A DNA stretch of 64,000 nucleotides from a virus (IMGVR_UViG_2576861478_000002), one strand, 5' to 3'; shown: positions 18,024-26,860, counted from the first letter of the stretch. The notes: a model not told the origin generated them from the letters alone. A program made the numbers and translations.

Positions 18024-18737
18024 ATGACTATGACAAGAGAAGCAATTGAAAAAGTATTAGAGATTGGAACGATTGAAACACATAAAATTGGGGAACAAAC
18101 TTATTCAACACAACGATTACATCTTGTGCAAGAACCGACACCAGCAGAGATTACTGTTCGTAGTTTATCTGGTTTAGTAGGTTACGTGAAATCAGAATTT
18201 GACACAACAGAAGCTGTAATGATTCATATTGTAAACCCAACAACGGTAAGATGCTTTACTGCGGTTAATGGAGATAAGGCTAGAAGTACTTATATCGAAG
18301 CACAAGCATCCATTCCACGTTTTAATTTTGGAAGCTTTTATGACAGAGAAGAATTTAATATTGCATTGCAATCAGGTTTTGTACAAAACAATCATCGAGA
18401 CATTGTTTTACAGGTAGTAGGTACGGTTGTAGAAAATGATGTTAAGGAAATTGGAGATGATGGTGTATCGCAAGCTGTAACAGTGAAAACAGGAGTTGCG
18501 AGTAGAGGGAATGCAAAAGTACCTAATCCAGTGCAATTAAGCCCGTATAGAACATTTGTTGAAGTGGAACAACCAGAAAGTAAGTTTGTGTTCAGAATGC
18601 GTGAAGGTGCACGTTGTGGTTTGTTTGAAGCTGATGGTGGGGCTTGGAAGTTAGAAGCGATGAATAACATTAAAGAGTATTTAAACGAAGCGTTGGCGCA
18701 AGAAATTGAGTCAAAAAAGGTGTTTGTTTTAGCCTAA
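18024..18737 (+). CDS. hypothetical phage protein
   Basis: 237 aa ORF with RBS; no recognisable motif. Confidence 0.45.
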   Translation: MTMTREAIEKVLEIGTIETHKIGEQTYSTQRLHLVQEPTPAEITVRSLSGLVGYVKSEFDTTEAVMIHIVNPTTVRCFTAVNGDKARSTYIEAQASIPRFNFGSFYDREEFNIALQSGFVQNNHRDIVLQVVGTVVENDVKEIGDDGVSQAVTVKTGVASRGNAKVPNPVQLSPYRTFVEVEQPESKFVFRMREGARCGLFEADGGAWKLEAMNNIKEYLNEALAQEIESKKVFVLA

Positions 18738-18952
18738 TGGATATTACAACGGTAGAAAGTACAACGAATGTCTGTATCTTTGGATTAGGGATTGTGATAC
18801 TTGCGTATGGAGTTTATAAAGGTGGTACTTTCATTGAACAAAAGTTTGATGAAAGTGATCGCTTAGAAAGGGAGGCTTTAGATAATGGGAATAGAAAGCC
18901 GAGTTCTTTCGGAACATCTAGAAAAGGCTTTGGAATTAGAAGAGGAGCGTAG
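18737..18952 (+). CDS. small membrane protein (uncertain)
   Basis: One TM segment (VCIFGLGIVILAYGVY). Its 3' end overlaps the next, better-supported ORF. Confidence 0.25.
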   Translation: MDITTVESTTNVCIFGLGIVILAYGVYKGGTFIEQKFDESDRLEREALDNGNRKPSSFGTSRKGFGIRRGA

Positions 18953-19223
18953 AGAGTGTATACAAAATCTGCATCTGTTATATAAACAAATGAACCAGGC
19001 AAATAAGGAAAGGAATAAAACTTTGTATCTTGAATTGCATAACGCTTATCAGAAGCAAAGTATAAGAGATTTAGAGATATCAAAGCAGTTATCAGCTATG
19101 TATTTTAAGAAACAGAAAAGTGATCGTGAAGCAGAAAGAGCAGAGGTTTTTCGTGTAGCAGATCGTCTTGAAAAGGTTGGTGGCAGAAAAGAAGTAGTTG
19201 AAAGAATTCGCAAGAATGCATAA
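18885..19223 (+). CDS. hypothetical coiled-coil protein
   Basis: AGGGAGG RBS; charged helical sequence. Confidence 0.45.
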   Translation: MGIESRVLSEHLEKALELEEERRECIQNLHLLYKQMNQANKERNKTLYLELHNAYQKQSIRDLEISKQLSAMYFKKQKSDREAERAEVFRVADRLEKVGGRKEVVERIRKNA

Positions 19224-19316
19224 GAGAAGAACCCGCTGCAACGGGTCCTAAAGAAAAAATAATAATACGTATTATAACAATTAATTGATGTTTTGGAAAT
19301 AGGAGAGGTAGGAAAT

Positions 19317-20270
19317 ATGGGTATTTTTCGAGTGAAAAAGGATACAAATTATTCGGTTATACACAATACGCCTTTGCGCGATGAAAATTTAAGTTGGAGG
19401 GCAAAGGGGTTATTGGCTTACATGCTTTCTTTACCGGATGATTGGACATTTCATGCTACTGAATTAAGTCAACATGCCAAGGATAGCGAGAAAACAACAA
19501 CAAGTACCCTAAAAGAGTTGAAAAAGGCAGGGTATTTGAAGAGATATCCAATCCAAAATTCAGAAACAGGGAAAATTTCACATTGGGAAACCATTGTTTA
19601 TGAGTTACCAACCATAGATACCAAAAACCATAGGGTGGATAAACCACCTAATGGTGAAACCACTGAGTGGAAAAGCCACCCTATGGATGAACCACATGAT
19701 GGTGAAACCACCGAGTGGACGAACCACCCTATGGAAAAATGCCGACTACTAAATACTAATTCTTTACTAAGTACTAATAATATACAAAATACTAATTATT
19801 ATCATGATGATAATAAAGAATCGAAATCACATGTATTAGTCGATGAAGAATTTAAAGTCAGTTATAACTTTTTAAAAGGTGAAGGAATTCCATTAAGTGA
19901 AATTGCCATTACGGAATTAGGAGAGTTTTGTGATTCGTTTGGTAGCGAATTAATTAAACATGCTGCTCACAAAGCTATTGATGAAAATAAGCCAAAATGG
20001 AATTACATTAAGGCCATTTTGAAAAGCTGGGAAAAGCAAAAAGTAAAAACATTAGATGATGTTGCTGCATTAGATAGACGCTTTGAAATGAGTAAGAACA
20101 AACGATTGAATGGTTCGGGACCAGGTCGTTCAAATAGAAAAGAAATTGTTCCAGATTGGTTACGTGAAGATGTTGAGCCAACTAAAAAAGAAATTGAAAA
20201 GCAAAACTCGCAATCTATTGATGAAGAGCGTGAGAGATTGCAAGAAGTGCTAAACAAATATAAATCATAG
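19317..20270 (+). CDS. phage replisome organizer (Phage_rep_org_N + DnaD-like C-domain)
   Basis: N-terminus MGIFRVKKDTNYSVIHNTPLRDENLSWRAKGLLAYMLSLPDDW. C-terminus KPKWNYIKAILKSWEKQKV. Start after GGAGAGGTAGG. Confidence 0.8.
   Translation: MGIFRVKKDTNYSVIHNTPLRDENLSWRAKGLLAYMLSLPDDWTFHATELSQHAKDSEKTTTSTLKELKKAGYLKRYPIQNSETGKISHWETIVYELPTIDTKNHRVDKPPNGETTEWKSHPMDEPHDGETTEWTNHPMEKCRLLNTNSLLSTNNIQNTNYYHDDNKESKSHVLVDEEFKVSYNFLKGEGIPLSEIAITELGEFCDSFGSELIKHAAHKAIDENKPKWNYIKAILKSWEKQKVKTLDDVAALDRRFEMSKNKRLNGSGPGRSNRKEIVPDWLREDVEPTKKEIEKQNSQSIDEERERLQEVLNKYKS
19629..19743. repeat. internal iterons: 2 x ~46 bp direct repeats plus an inverted half-site (candidate phage ori)
   Basis: GGTGAAACCAC(T/C)GAGTGGA..ACCACCCTATGGA twice (19650..19695, 19698..19743). 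CCATAGGGTGG at 19629 is the reverse complement of CCACCCTATGG. Confidence 0.45.
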
Positions 20271-20281
20271 GAGCGATTTAC

Positions 20282-20761
20282 ATGTTAAATCCATTTGAAG
20301 ATGTAATTGGAGAAGAGTGTTATAAATGCGAAAATCCTTATCCTGAGTCTGATATGAGTAAAATATATATTTCTGGTTTGGAAAGGACTTTATGCAAGCA
20401 GTGTAGAGAGCAGCTTGAACAGAAAGTAAAAGTGTTAGATTTTCGTGTCATTCATGACGTACTAAAGGAATTAATAAAAGGATTCGGCCGTGAGAAAGTC
20501 CGTCAATTTGATTTAGTAACTGCAAAAAGATACGTGATTGACAACGTAGTAGATCTAACGATTGAAAAACGTGGTGGCAAGTTCAATCAAGAACTTTTAG
20601 GTGAATTTGTTTCCTTATCTACTGAAGAGTTAATCACAGTCATCGAATTTTTAATGAGAAAAATGAATCCTAATCTATGGATGAATGCTGTGATAGGGAA
20701 TGTGTTAGATCAACAAATGATTATTACGCTTTCACCGATAGAAGGTGAATCAAATGACTGA
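20282..20761 (+). CDS. hypothetical protein
   Basis: ORF in the replication module; CxxC..CxxC N-terminus. Confidence 0.4.
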   Translation: MLNPFEDVIGEECYKCENPYPESDMSKIYISGLERTLCKQCREQLEQKVKVLDFRVIHDVLKELIKGFGREKVRQFDLVTAKRYVIDNVVDLTIEKRGGKFNQELLGEFVSLSTEELITVIEFLMRKMNPNLWMNAVIGNVLDQQMIITLSPIEGESND

Positions 20762-20984
20762 ACAAATCACAATAGATCATGATTTTATTTACGAGCCGCT
20801 CATAGATACATACATGGTAGATATTGTTACAGAATCAGGATTCAAATTAGAATTTTGTGAAGCTGAAACGAAAGAAGAGGCAGGATTAAAAATTCGTAAA
20901 AAATATCGTAAGAATTATAGTTTTAAGATTCGTAGTATTGAAGTTTCGAATAGATCGTTAAAAGAAATTCAAGAACTTAACTAA
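20745..20984 (+). CDS. hypothetical protein
   Basis: Overlapping coupled ORF. Confidence 0.35.
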   Translation: MNQMTEQITIDHDFIYEPLIDTYMVDIVTESGFKLEFCEAETKEEAGLKIRKKYRKNYSFKIRSIEVSNRSLKEIQELN

Positions 20985-21007
20985 CAATTGAATAGGAGAA
21001 GATACTC

Positions 21008-21565
21008 ATGCGGAATCCATATGATTATTATATAACTCCAGAAGAATATGAGGCGGCTGCAAAGAATGGAATTAGTAATGAATTACTGACACGTAGGATT
21101 AGAAATTTGGGATGGGACAAAGAAATTGCAATGACAAAACCATCAAGATATAACGCAAATAGATGGAAAAACATTAAAGAAATAGCTTTGAAAAATGGTA
21201 TCTCTCATTCAACTTATACAGCAAGAATAAAAAAAGGTTGGAGATTGATTGATGCAATCAGTAAGCCACCTATAGATAAGTATCAAGCATTAAAATTGGC
21301 GGAACAAGCCAATTCAAAATGTAAAAATAAAGTGTTAACTGATGGACAAGCGGAACAAGCTGAATTAAATGGTATTAGTTATAGTACGGCACGTGACAGA
21401 GTTAAACGTTTGAAGTGGACTGTAGAAGAAGCCATAACAACTCCAGTGTTAACACGATCAGAATGTGGAAAGAAGGCAAAAGAAGCTTCACCTTGGTCAA
21501 AGTTGGTTATACCATCAAGAGAAGAAATAATGAAGCGTAGAAAGCTAACTTATATAGCAAATTAG
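21008..21565 (+). CDS. hypothetical protein with three internal ~45-aa repeats (paralog of 54322..54786)
   Basis: Repeated NGIS..T...R...LxW..EEAxTxP modules. Confidence 0.5.
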   Translation: MRNPYDYYITPEEYEAAAKNGISNELLTRRIRNLGWDKEIAMTKPSRYNANRWKNIKEIALKNGISHSTYTARIKKGWRLIDAISKPPIDKYQALKLAEQANSKCKNKVLTDGQAEQAELNGISYSTARDRVKRLKWTVEEAITTPVLTRSECGKKAKEASPWSKLVIPSREEIMKRRKLTYIAN

Positions 21566-21603
21566 TTTGAATTCATAAATCTTGAATTAAGGAGAGATAG
21601 GGA

Positions 21604-22038
21604 ATGAATTTACAAATTGATGAAAAGAATGTAGCTGCTGGTCAATGGGTTGTATGCGAATTGAAGGATAACAAAGTTATTACACAAGTGAAACGAGTGA
21701 TTAAAGATACATTTAACAATAAAGTGGAATTATGGGGATCGTGGGGATGTGAAGGAGCAATACATGGTGATTGGGGCTACAATCATGCGAATAAATGTAG
21801 ATATGCGACAGTTGAGGAAATCAACGCAGAAAGTGTAAGACGTGTATTTGCTCAAAAAGGACGTAAGCCAAACGAGTATCGCTCAGGTGATGTTGTAACG
21901 GATGATGTGTATGCATCTCGTGTTTTACACGTAATAGATGATAGAGCAACTGTACAAATCATGAACTCGCATCAAATATATGAGGTTGCAATAGATAATT
22001 TAGAAATTCTATTTTTCGCTGAAGATATGGCTGGATAA
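21604..22038 (+). CDS. hypothetical protein
   Basis: ORF with an AAGGAGAGATAGGGA RBS. Confidence 0.45.
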   Translation: MNLQIDEKNVAAGQWVVCELKDNKVITQVKRVIKDTFNNKVELWGSWGCEGAIHGDWGYNHANKCRYATVEEINAESVRRVFAQKGRKPNEYRSGDVVTDDVYASRVLHVIDDRATVQIMNSHQIYEVAIDNLEILFFAEDMAG

Positions 22039-22096
22039 AGCAATTGCATAAATAGTTTGCTCTACTTCAAATAAAGGATAAGGAGATACATTTTAA

Positions 22097-22387
22097 ATGC
22101 GATATGCAAGAGGCACTCAATATGGTTTATATGCATGCAAGGGTAACAATAAAGATTACAAATGGTTTAAAAAAGCTAGGAAAGGTATGGGAAATATAAC
22201 TATTGAAGAGAACAAAACGTTATGGCCATACAACGAAAAACTTGATTCAACGTTTAATTGGGACAGAGTGATGGGAAGAGTTTGTTGGTCATTTGTGAAT
22301 GGGGATACGGAAACTACCATGTTTGCACTCTTAAAATATACAAAAATACCACGCTGGATTGCTGTGAGGCTAAAGAGAAAGGAGTGA
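22097..22387 (+). CDS. hypothetical protein
   Basis: ORF with an AAGGAGATA RBS. Confidence 0.4.
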   Translation: MRYARGTQYGLYACKGNNKDYKWFKKARKGMGNITIEENKTLWPYNEKLDSTFNWDRVMGRVCWSFVNGDTETTMFALLKYTKIPRWIAVRLKRKE

Positions 22388-22533
22388 TGCAATGTTCTCG
22401 TTATTTGTAGGAATTATAGTGTTTATCATGATGTTGTCATTTTTATGGATTGTAGCAGGTAAATTAGGAGTTTTTGAGTGTATTGGAAATGTAGTATTAA
22501 AAATTAAAAACATATTCAAGGAGGAAAAATAAA

Positions 22534-23325
22534 ATGAATACAAAGAAAATCGTAGGTGCAGCAGTAGTAGGATTTAGTCTTTTAACAGGTGGAATTTTAA
22601 CTGCAATGAGCGTAAAGGTGATTGACCAGGGACATGCAGGTGTTGTCTATAACAGAAGTACAGGAATTGAAAAGGAGACTTTAGGACAAGGGTGGCACTT
22701 AGTTTCACCATTTAAACGTGTAACAGCTTATCCTATTTCAACAGAAACGGTTAAAGTGGATAAATTCAGCGTACAAACCAAAGATGGTAAGCCTTTAACA
22801 GTGAGTCTATCTTATGATTACATGAATGATGCAGAGAAACTTCCTAAGATTTATAACAAGTTCAAAGGACAAGCTCCAGATGTGATTGAGAACGGGTGGT
22901 TGCAGACTCGACTTAAGAAAGCTACATTAAACGTTTTCTCTAACTATTCAGTTCTTGAGGTCTTCCAACACCAAGGGGAAATTAATGGAGCGATAGAAAA
23001 AGAGTTTAGAAAAATGGTAGACACTACTGGATTCTTAGTAGATTCCGTTACGTTAGAAGCGCCTAAACCAGACGCAAATACAGCGAAAGCGATTCAAGGA
23101 GTAGTAGACGCCCAACAAAACCTTGAAAAGGCAGAGATTGAGAAGAAGCAAGCTACAATCAATGCAGAGAAAGCCATTGAGGAAGCAAGAGGAAAAGCTG
23201 AAGCGAATGAGATTATTAAGAAGTCTTTAACTCCAGAAATTGTAGAAATTAAAAAGATAGAAAAATGGGATGGTAAGTTACCGCAAGTAAGTGGTGAAGC
23301 TAATCCGTTGGTTCAAGTTAAGTAA
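22534..23325 (+). CDS. SPFH/band-7 (prohibitin-like) membrane protein
   Basis: N-terminal TM, then SPFH-domain pattern. C-terminal coiled-coil EKAEIEKKQATINAEKAIEEARGKAEANE. Confidence 0.7.
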   Translation: MNTKKIVGAAVVGFSLLTGGILTAMSVKVIDQGHAGVVYNRSTGIEKETLGQGWHLVSPFKRVTAYPISTETVKVDKFSVQTKDGKPLTVSLSYDYMNDAEKLPKIYNKFKGQAPDVIENGWLQTRLKKATLNVFSNYSVLEVFQHQGEINGAIEKEFRKMVDTTGFLVDSVTLEAPKPDANTAKAIQGVVDAQQNLEKAEIEKKQATINAEKAIEEARGKAEANEIIKKSLTPEIVEIKKIEKWDGKLPQVSGEANPLVQVK

Positions 23326-23335
23326 ATTATATTCC

Positions 23336-23368
23336 CAGGACTTTCTGGAATGAGAGAGTCCTGGAATG
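23336..23368 (+). terminator. putative terminator
   Basis: CCAGGACT..AGTCCTGG hairpin; weak T-tract. Confidence 0.35.
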
Positions 23369-23407
23369 TTATTAAATTGGAATTTTATTAGAACAGGAGA
23401 ATGAGAG

Positions 23408-23767
23408 ATGAAAAGTATCGATAAAGGATATATGAGCTTTGCAAGTGGTTTTATTGTAGGACCAACAATGCCAGAACGTGAAGGAGGATTTCGTCAAATT
23501 GATTGGGAATTATTAAAAGCTTTCATTGAAAAAAATAAAGAAGCTTTTCAATCTGTTGAAGCTGGGCTTGCTGAAGATTGGGGATGCACATCAGGAGAAG
23601 TTTGGAATAGCGATGAAGGATATATTCCACAAAATGATACGTATGTTTATGCTTCAAGTAGATGGGCAACACCTGCTGTTTCTGTAACTTATAAAGATGG
23701 TCGTGAGGAAACTTTTGAAATGTGGAAACAAGGTGAGGATTCGGATAGCTATTTTGAAGGGATTTAA
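23408..23767 (+). CDS. hypothetical protein
   Basis: ORF with a GGAGAATGAGAG RBS. Confidence 0.45.
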   Translation: MKSIDKGYMSFASGFIVGPTMPEREGGFRQIDWELLKAFIEKNKEAFQSVEAGLAEDWGCTSGEVWNSDEGYIPQNDTYVYASSRWATPAVSVTYKDGREETFEMWKQGEDSDSYFEGI

Positions 23768-23805
23768 GACGAAATCTTTATTTGAGTAGAAAGAGAGGGA
23801 GTATC

Positions 23806-24333
23806 ATGGGTTACGCCAATAGAGGAATGTCATTTGAACTTTTATTAAACAATACATGCCGTATGTATAAAGCGGCAAATGTAGGAGTATTTAATAAGCG
23901 CCCTACACCAATAAAAGTGATAAAGACAGATAAGAAAGGCAATATAACTAAAAGTGCATGGGAAAGTAAATCTACAGTAGATTATGACGGTGTGTACAAA
24001 GGAAGAGCTGTTTATTTTGAAGCGAAATCTACTGAAAAAACCACGAGCTTCCCGTTAGATAATATAAGTAGGCACCAGATTGACTATTTAAAGGATACAC
24101 AAGAACAGGGAGCACTTTGTTTCTTTTTAATAGAATTCAGAACGGATCAGGTTATTTATTTTGTTCCTGTTTCTGTAGTAGCAGAATACTATGAAGCTAT
24201 GCTTTATGACGGAGGAAGAAAGTCTATTCCAAGAGAGGAATTTGAGAAAAGAGCGTATATAGTACCACAAACTAATAGAGCACCTGTTGATTATTTATAT
24301 CATGTAGATAAGTTAGGAATGGTTACTATATGA
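23806..24333 (+). CDS. recU: Holliday-junction resolvase RecU
   Basis: Strong similarity to B. subtilis RecU (YSNRGM..E..L; TTDYDGVYKGR..FEAK.T...SFPL.N...HQI..LK). Confidence 0.8.
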   Translation: MGYANRGMSFELLLNNTCRMYKAANVGVFNKRPTPIKVIKTDKKGNITKSAWESKSTVDYDGVYKGRAVYFEAKSTEKTTSFPLDNISRHQIDYLKDTQEQGALCFFLIEFRTDQVIYFVPVSVVAEYYEAMLYDGGRKSIPREEFEKRAYIVPQTNRAPVDYLYHVDKLGMVTI

Positions 24334-24656
24334 GTCCAAAAGAGGTGAGGATGGAAATACTAGGATTAACAGATAATCATTGCCGTCAGTGTGACAATAA
24401 ATGTTCTCGTGATTTTGTGTATTGTTGGACAAAGTGTGAAGTGGGGAAGAGATTGAATGAAATAGGGGTTGTTTTGGGTGGTAAAGTTTTTGTTAAAACA
24501 TCCATACAAAGAACAGAAGACGAATGGAATAAAATTTGTGAAGAAACCATGAAACTTAAAGAACATGGAATGAAATATATTGAAATTGCTAAAAGGTTTA
24601 ATGTGAGTTACGGGCATTTAAGAAAACAGTTAAATAAACGTAACATGAAGAAATGA
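24330..24656 (+). CDS. hypothetical Cys-rich/HTH protein
   Basis: CRQCDNKC..CW..C cluster; C-terminal HTH-like MKYIEIAKRFNVSYGHLRKQL. Confidence 0.4.
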   Translation: MSPKEVRMEILGLTDNHCRQCDNKCSRDFVYCWTKCEVGKRLNEIGVVLGGKVFVKTSIQRTEDEWNKICEETMKLKEHGMKYIEIAKRFNVSYGHLRKQLNKRNMKK

Positions 24657-24681
24657 GTTGACATGGTGAAAGAGGAAGCAG

Positions 24682-25095
24682 GTGAGCCAACCCTTGTTTG
24701 AATGGTTTAAAGATTATAAAAAGTTGGAAGATGAAATCATTTATTTAGAAAATAAATTGCATAGAAGTAAAAGAGAATTAATACGTTGGAGTGTTGGTGA
24801 TTTATCAAAGTATAAGTTAACTGCGGATTCAGATGGTGCGAAAATAGAGGAACACATATCGGCTATAGAATATGAACTAGCGAATAAGATGAACGATCAG
24901 TACGACCTCAAAATATTAATTAGTAAGTTTGAAGGGCTAGAAAATAAAATTCTATTTGGTAAGTATGTGCAACGAAAAACGTTAGAATCTATAGCTAGGG
25001 AATTAGGCTATAGTAGTAGTTATGTATATCAGAAGCATGCTGAAATTTCTAGAAGGATAAAGCTCGCTGAGGAACTTACACTTTTCTTACAGTAA
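24682..25095 (+). CDS. ArpU-family / sigma-region-4-like late transcription regulator
   Basis: Size ~137 aa. C-terminal HTH TLESIARELGYSSSYVYQKHAEISRRI. Position before the packaging genes. Confidence 0.55.
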   Translation: MSQPLFEWFKDYKKLEDEIIYLENKLHRSKRELIRWSVGDLSKYKLTADSDGAKIEEHISAIEYELANKMNDQYDLKILISKFEGLENKILFGKYVQRKTLESIARELGYSSSYVYQKHAEISRRIKLAEELTLFLQ

Positions 25096-25350
25096 GTTTT
25101 ACATATGGTATCTATTGAAAAAATGAATTATAGTAATAGCATAGAATTTTACGTAAGAGCGACTGGTGCATGGTTGCTCTTTTCTATTTTTAATAGTAAC
25201 TGTAAAATTTGAATGGGTTGGTTACCGAATAAAGCTTTATGGATGTCTGTTTGAATGAACTGGCGTTTATAGGGCGAGTAAATAATTACAAAGAGAACTT
25301 TCGAATCTAATTGTGATTATGCAGGAATACAAAAATAATTAAACGGTCCA

Positions 25351-25421
25351 TAAGGAGAGCTTTTGCTCTTCTTTGAGCTGATACGTGCCTATCTATAGTG
25401 TCGGTTCAAAGAAGAATAAAA
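25351..25421 (+). other. conserved hairpin/mini-ORF element, copy A (also at 60119..60236)
   Basis: Identical 29-mer TAAGGAGAGCTTTTGCTCTTCTTTGAGCT and 12-mer AGAAGAATAAAA in both prophages. The arms are complementary around a variable loop. The RBS-like GGAGAG is followed by a TTG mini-ORF MLFFEL... Confidence 0.3.
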
Positions 25422-25454
25422 AAATGAATATGAGTAACAAATAGCTTATATAAA

Positions 25455-25490
25455 AAAAGAGGACGCTTATATGGCGTCCTTTATGGTGTA
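25455..25490 (-). terminator. terminator for hicAB (bidirectional hairpin AGGACGC..GCGTCCT)
   Basis: Perfect 7 bp stem flanked by A and T runs. Confidence 0.5.
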
Positions 25491-25906
25491 TTCTTTTTTT
25501 CTTTATATCCTAAATGCTTTTCTAATGCTTCTACAAGCATTTCAGAGAAATTGACATTTTGATTTGCTGCATGTTCTTCCAACCAAGAAGGAAGAGTAAC
25601 ATTTTTTCTTTTGTAAACTGTACTATCTTTTTTTCTAAGTGGTGGCATCCAAACATCGATTAAAATAGAGTATTCATTTGACTCTAATTTTGGTTTTAAC
25701 CATTTTATTGACATTGGCTCTGGAAGTGTATCATTATCTTTCTCCATTTCAGATAAATGGAGTCCTAATGCTTCTCTAGCTTCTTTTAAAGCATCTTCTT
25801 GTGTATCGGCAAAAGATGTACAACCAGGGAGATCAGGAAAGTAAATACCAAAGCCATCAGAAGATTGTTCTAAGACAGCTGGATAAATATAATAGTCTTT
25901 TTTCAT
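25481..25906 (-). CDS. hicB: HicB-family antitoxin (RNase-H-like fold + C-terminal RHH)
   Basis: YPAVLEQSSDGFGIYFPDLPGCTSFADTQEDALKEAREAL signature. Sits downstream of hicA. Confidence 0.85.
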   Translation of the reverse strand: MKKDYYIYPAVLEQSSDGFGIYFPDLPGCTSFADTQEDALKEAREALGLHLSEMEKDNDTLPEPMSIKWLKPKLESNEYSILIDVWMPPLRKKDSTVYKRKNVTLPSWLEEHAANQNVNFSEMLVEALEKHLGYKEKKNTP

Positions 25907-25957
25907 AATTTGTTTTTATAACGATTTCTTGTATAATTAGGGAAAGCAAGGGGCGGT

Positions 25958-26140
25958 TTATAACCAACCCGCTTGCTTATAGATTGAGCGAAGTGTACCT
26001 TTTGGAATATCCTTGCACGGATGTTTCACGGTTACTTTGCCAATCTTAGAAGGATGTTTGAACTGATGGTGGCTGCCTTCAATGTTCACTATAAACCATC
26101 CTTCTTTTTTTAACCTCTTAATTACTTCCCTACTTGAAAT
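25958..26140 (-). CDS. hicA: HicA-family mRNA interferase toxin (no canonical start; apparent ATT start)
   Basis: Minus-strand translation gives (I)SSREVIKRLKKEGWFIVNIEGSHHQFKHPSKIGKVTVKHPCKDIPKGTLRSIYKQAGWL. AAGGAGG RBS is 8 nt before the ATT. Not in the ORF track. Confidence 0.65.
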   Translation of the reverse strand: MSSREVIKRLKKEGWFIVNIEGSHHQFKHPSKIGKVTVKHPCKDIPKGTLRSIYKQAGWL

Positions 26141-26177
26141 CGTTATTACCTCCTTTCAACTTTCTATACTTATTATA

Positions 26178-26195
26178 ACACGCATTACAATGCGT
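26178..26195. promoter_or_regulatory. palindromic operator ACGCATT-AC-AATGCGT upstream of hicAB
   Basis: Perfect 7 bp inverted repeat in the hicA promoter region. Confidence 0.35.
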
Positions 26196-26258
26196 ATCAA
26201 TAGATAAAGGTGAATTTCTCTGTTTTTTATATGTTTTTTTATGAATATATCAGTATAT

Positions 26259-26285
26259 TGAGCACCCGATTTGGGTGCTTTTTAT
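26259..26285 (+). terminator. rho-independent terminator before the late operon
   Basis: GCACCCGATTTGGGTGC followed by TTTTT. Confidence 0.5.
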
Positions 26286-26317
26286 TATGTAAAAATTACA
26301 TAGGTGGTGTTTAGCAA

Positions 26318-26539
26318 ATGACACGACATTATTTAATCGGTACATTAGTTAATTGGCGTGAAAGTGTAGAAAGGTTTCACTACAACGAATCATTACAATG
26401 TTTAAAAAATGAGTTTCAATTAAGTTGTGAAGAGGCAAAAGAAATGTATGAAGATACAATAAAAGCATTTTGGTTATCTTTCTATAAGTGGTACGAATAC
26501 AGACACCCGAAGTTACGAGAGTTATTAGGAGAATGGTAA
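26318..26539 (+). CDS. hypothetical protein
   Basis: First ORF of the late operon; RBS present. Confidence 0.4.
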   Translation: MTRHYLIGTLVNWRESVERFHYNESLQCLKNEFQLSCEEAKEMYEDTIKAFWLSFYKWYEYRHPKLRELLGEW

Positions 26540-26555
26540 AGAGTGAGCAAAGTGA

Positions 26556-26858
26556 ATGGCTAAAGAATTTGCAAAGAAGTTTTATAAATCAACGGCATGG
26601 AAGAAATGTAGAAAGTCATATATAGCCTCAACATTAGATGGTATGTGTGAGCATTGCAAAGAAGTACCTGGATATATCGTTGACCATATAGTGGAGATTA
26701 CACCAGTAAATATAAACAATCCGGATATCATATTGAACCATGAGAACTTACAATACTTATGCTTAAAATGTCATAACACTAAGACATTTAGTAAGTACAG
26801 TCCGATGAGGGAAGATGTAATGTTTAATGAGAACGGTGAATTAATTAGGAGGGATTAG
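26556..26858 (+). CDS. HNH endonuclease (terminase-associated)
   Basis: Paralog of 8335..8625; CEHCKE...HNHENLQYLCLKCHN. Confidence 0.85.
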   Translation: MAKEFAKKFYKSTAWKKCRKSYIASTLDGMCEHCKEVPGYIVDHIVEITPVNINNPDIILNHENLQYLCLKCHNTKTFSKYSPMREDVMFNENGELIRRD

Positions 26859-26860
26859 AG

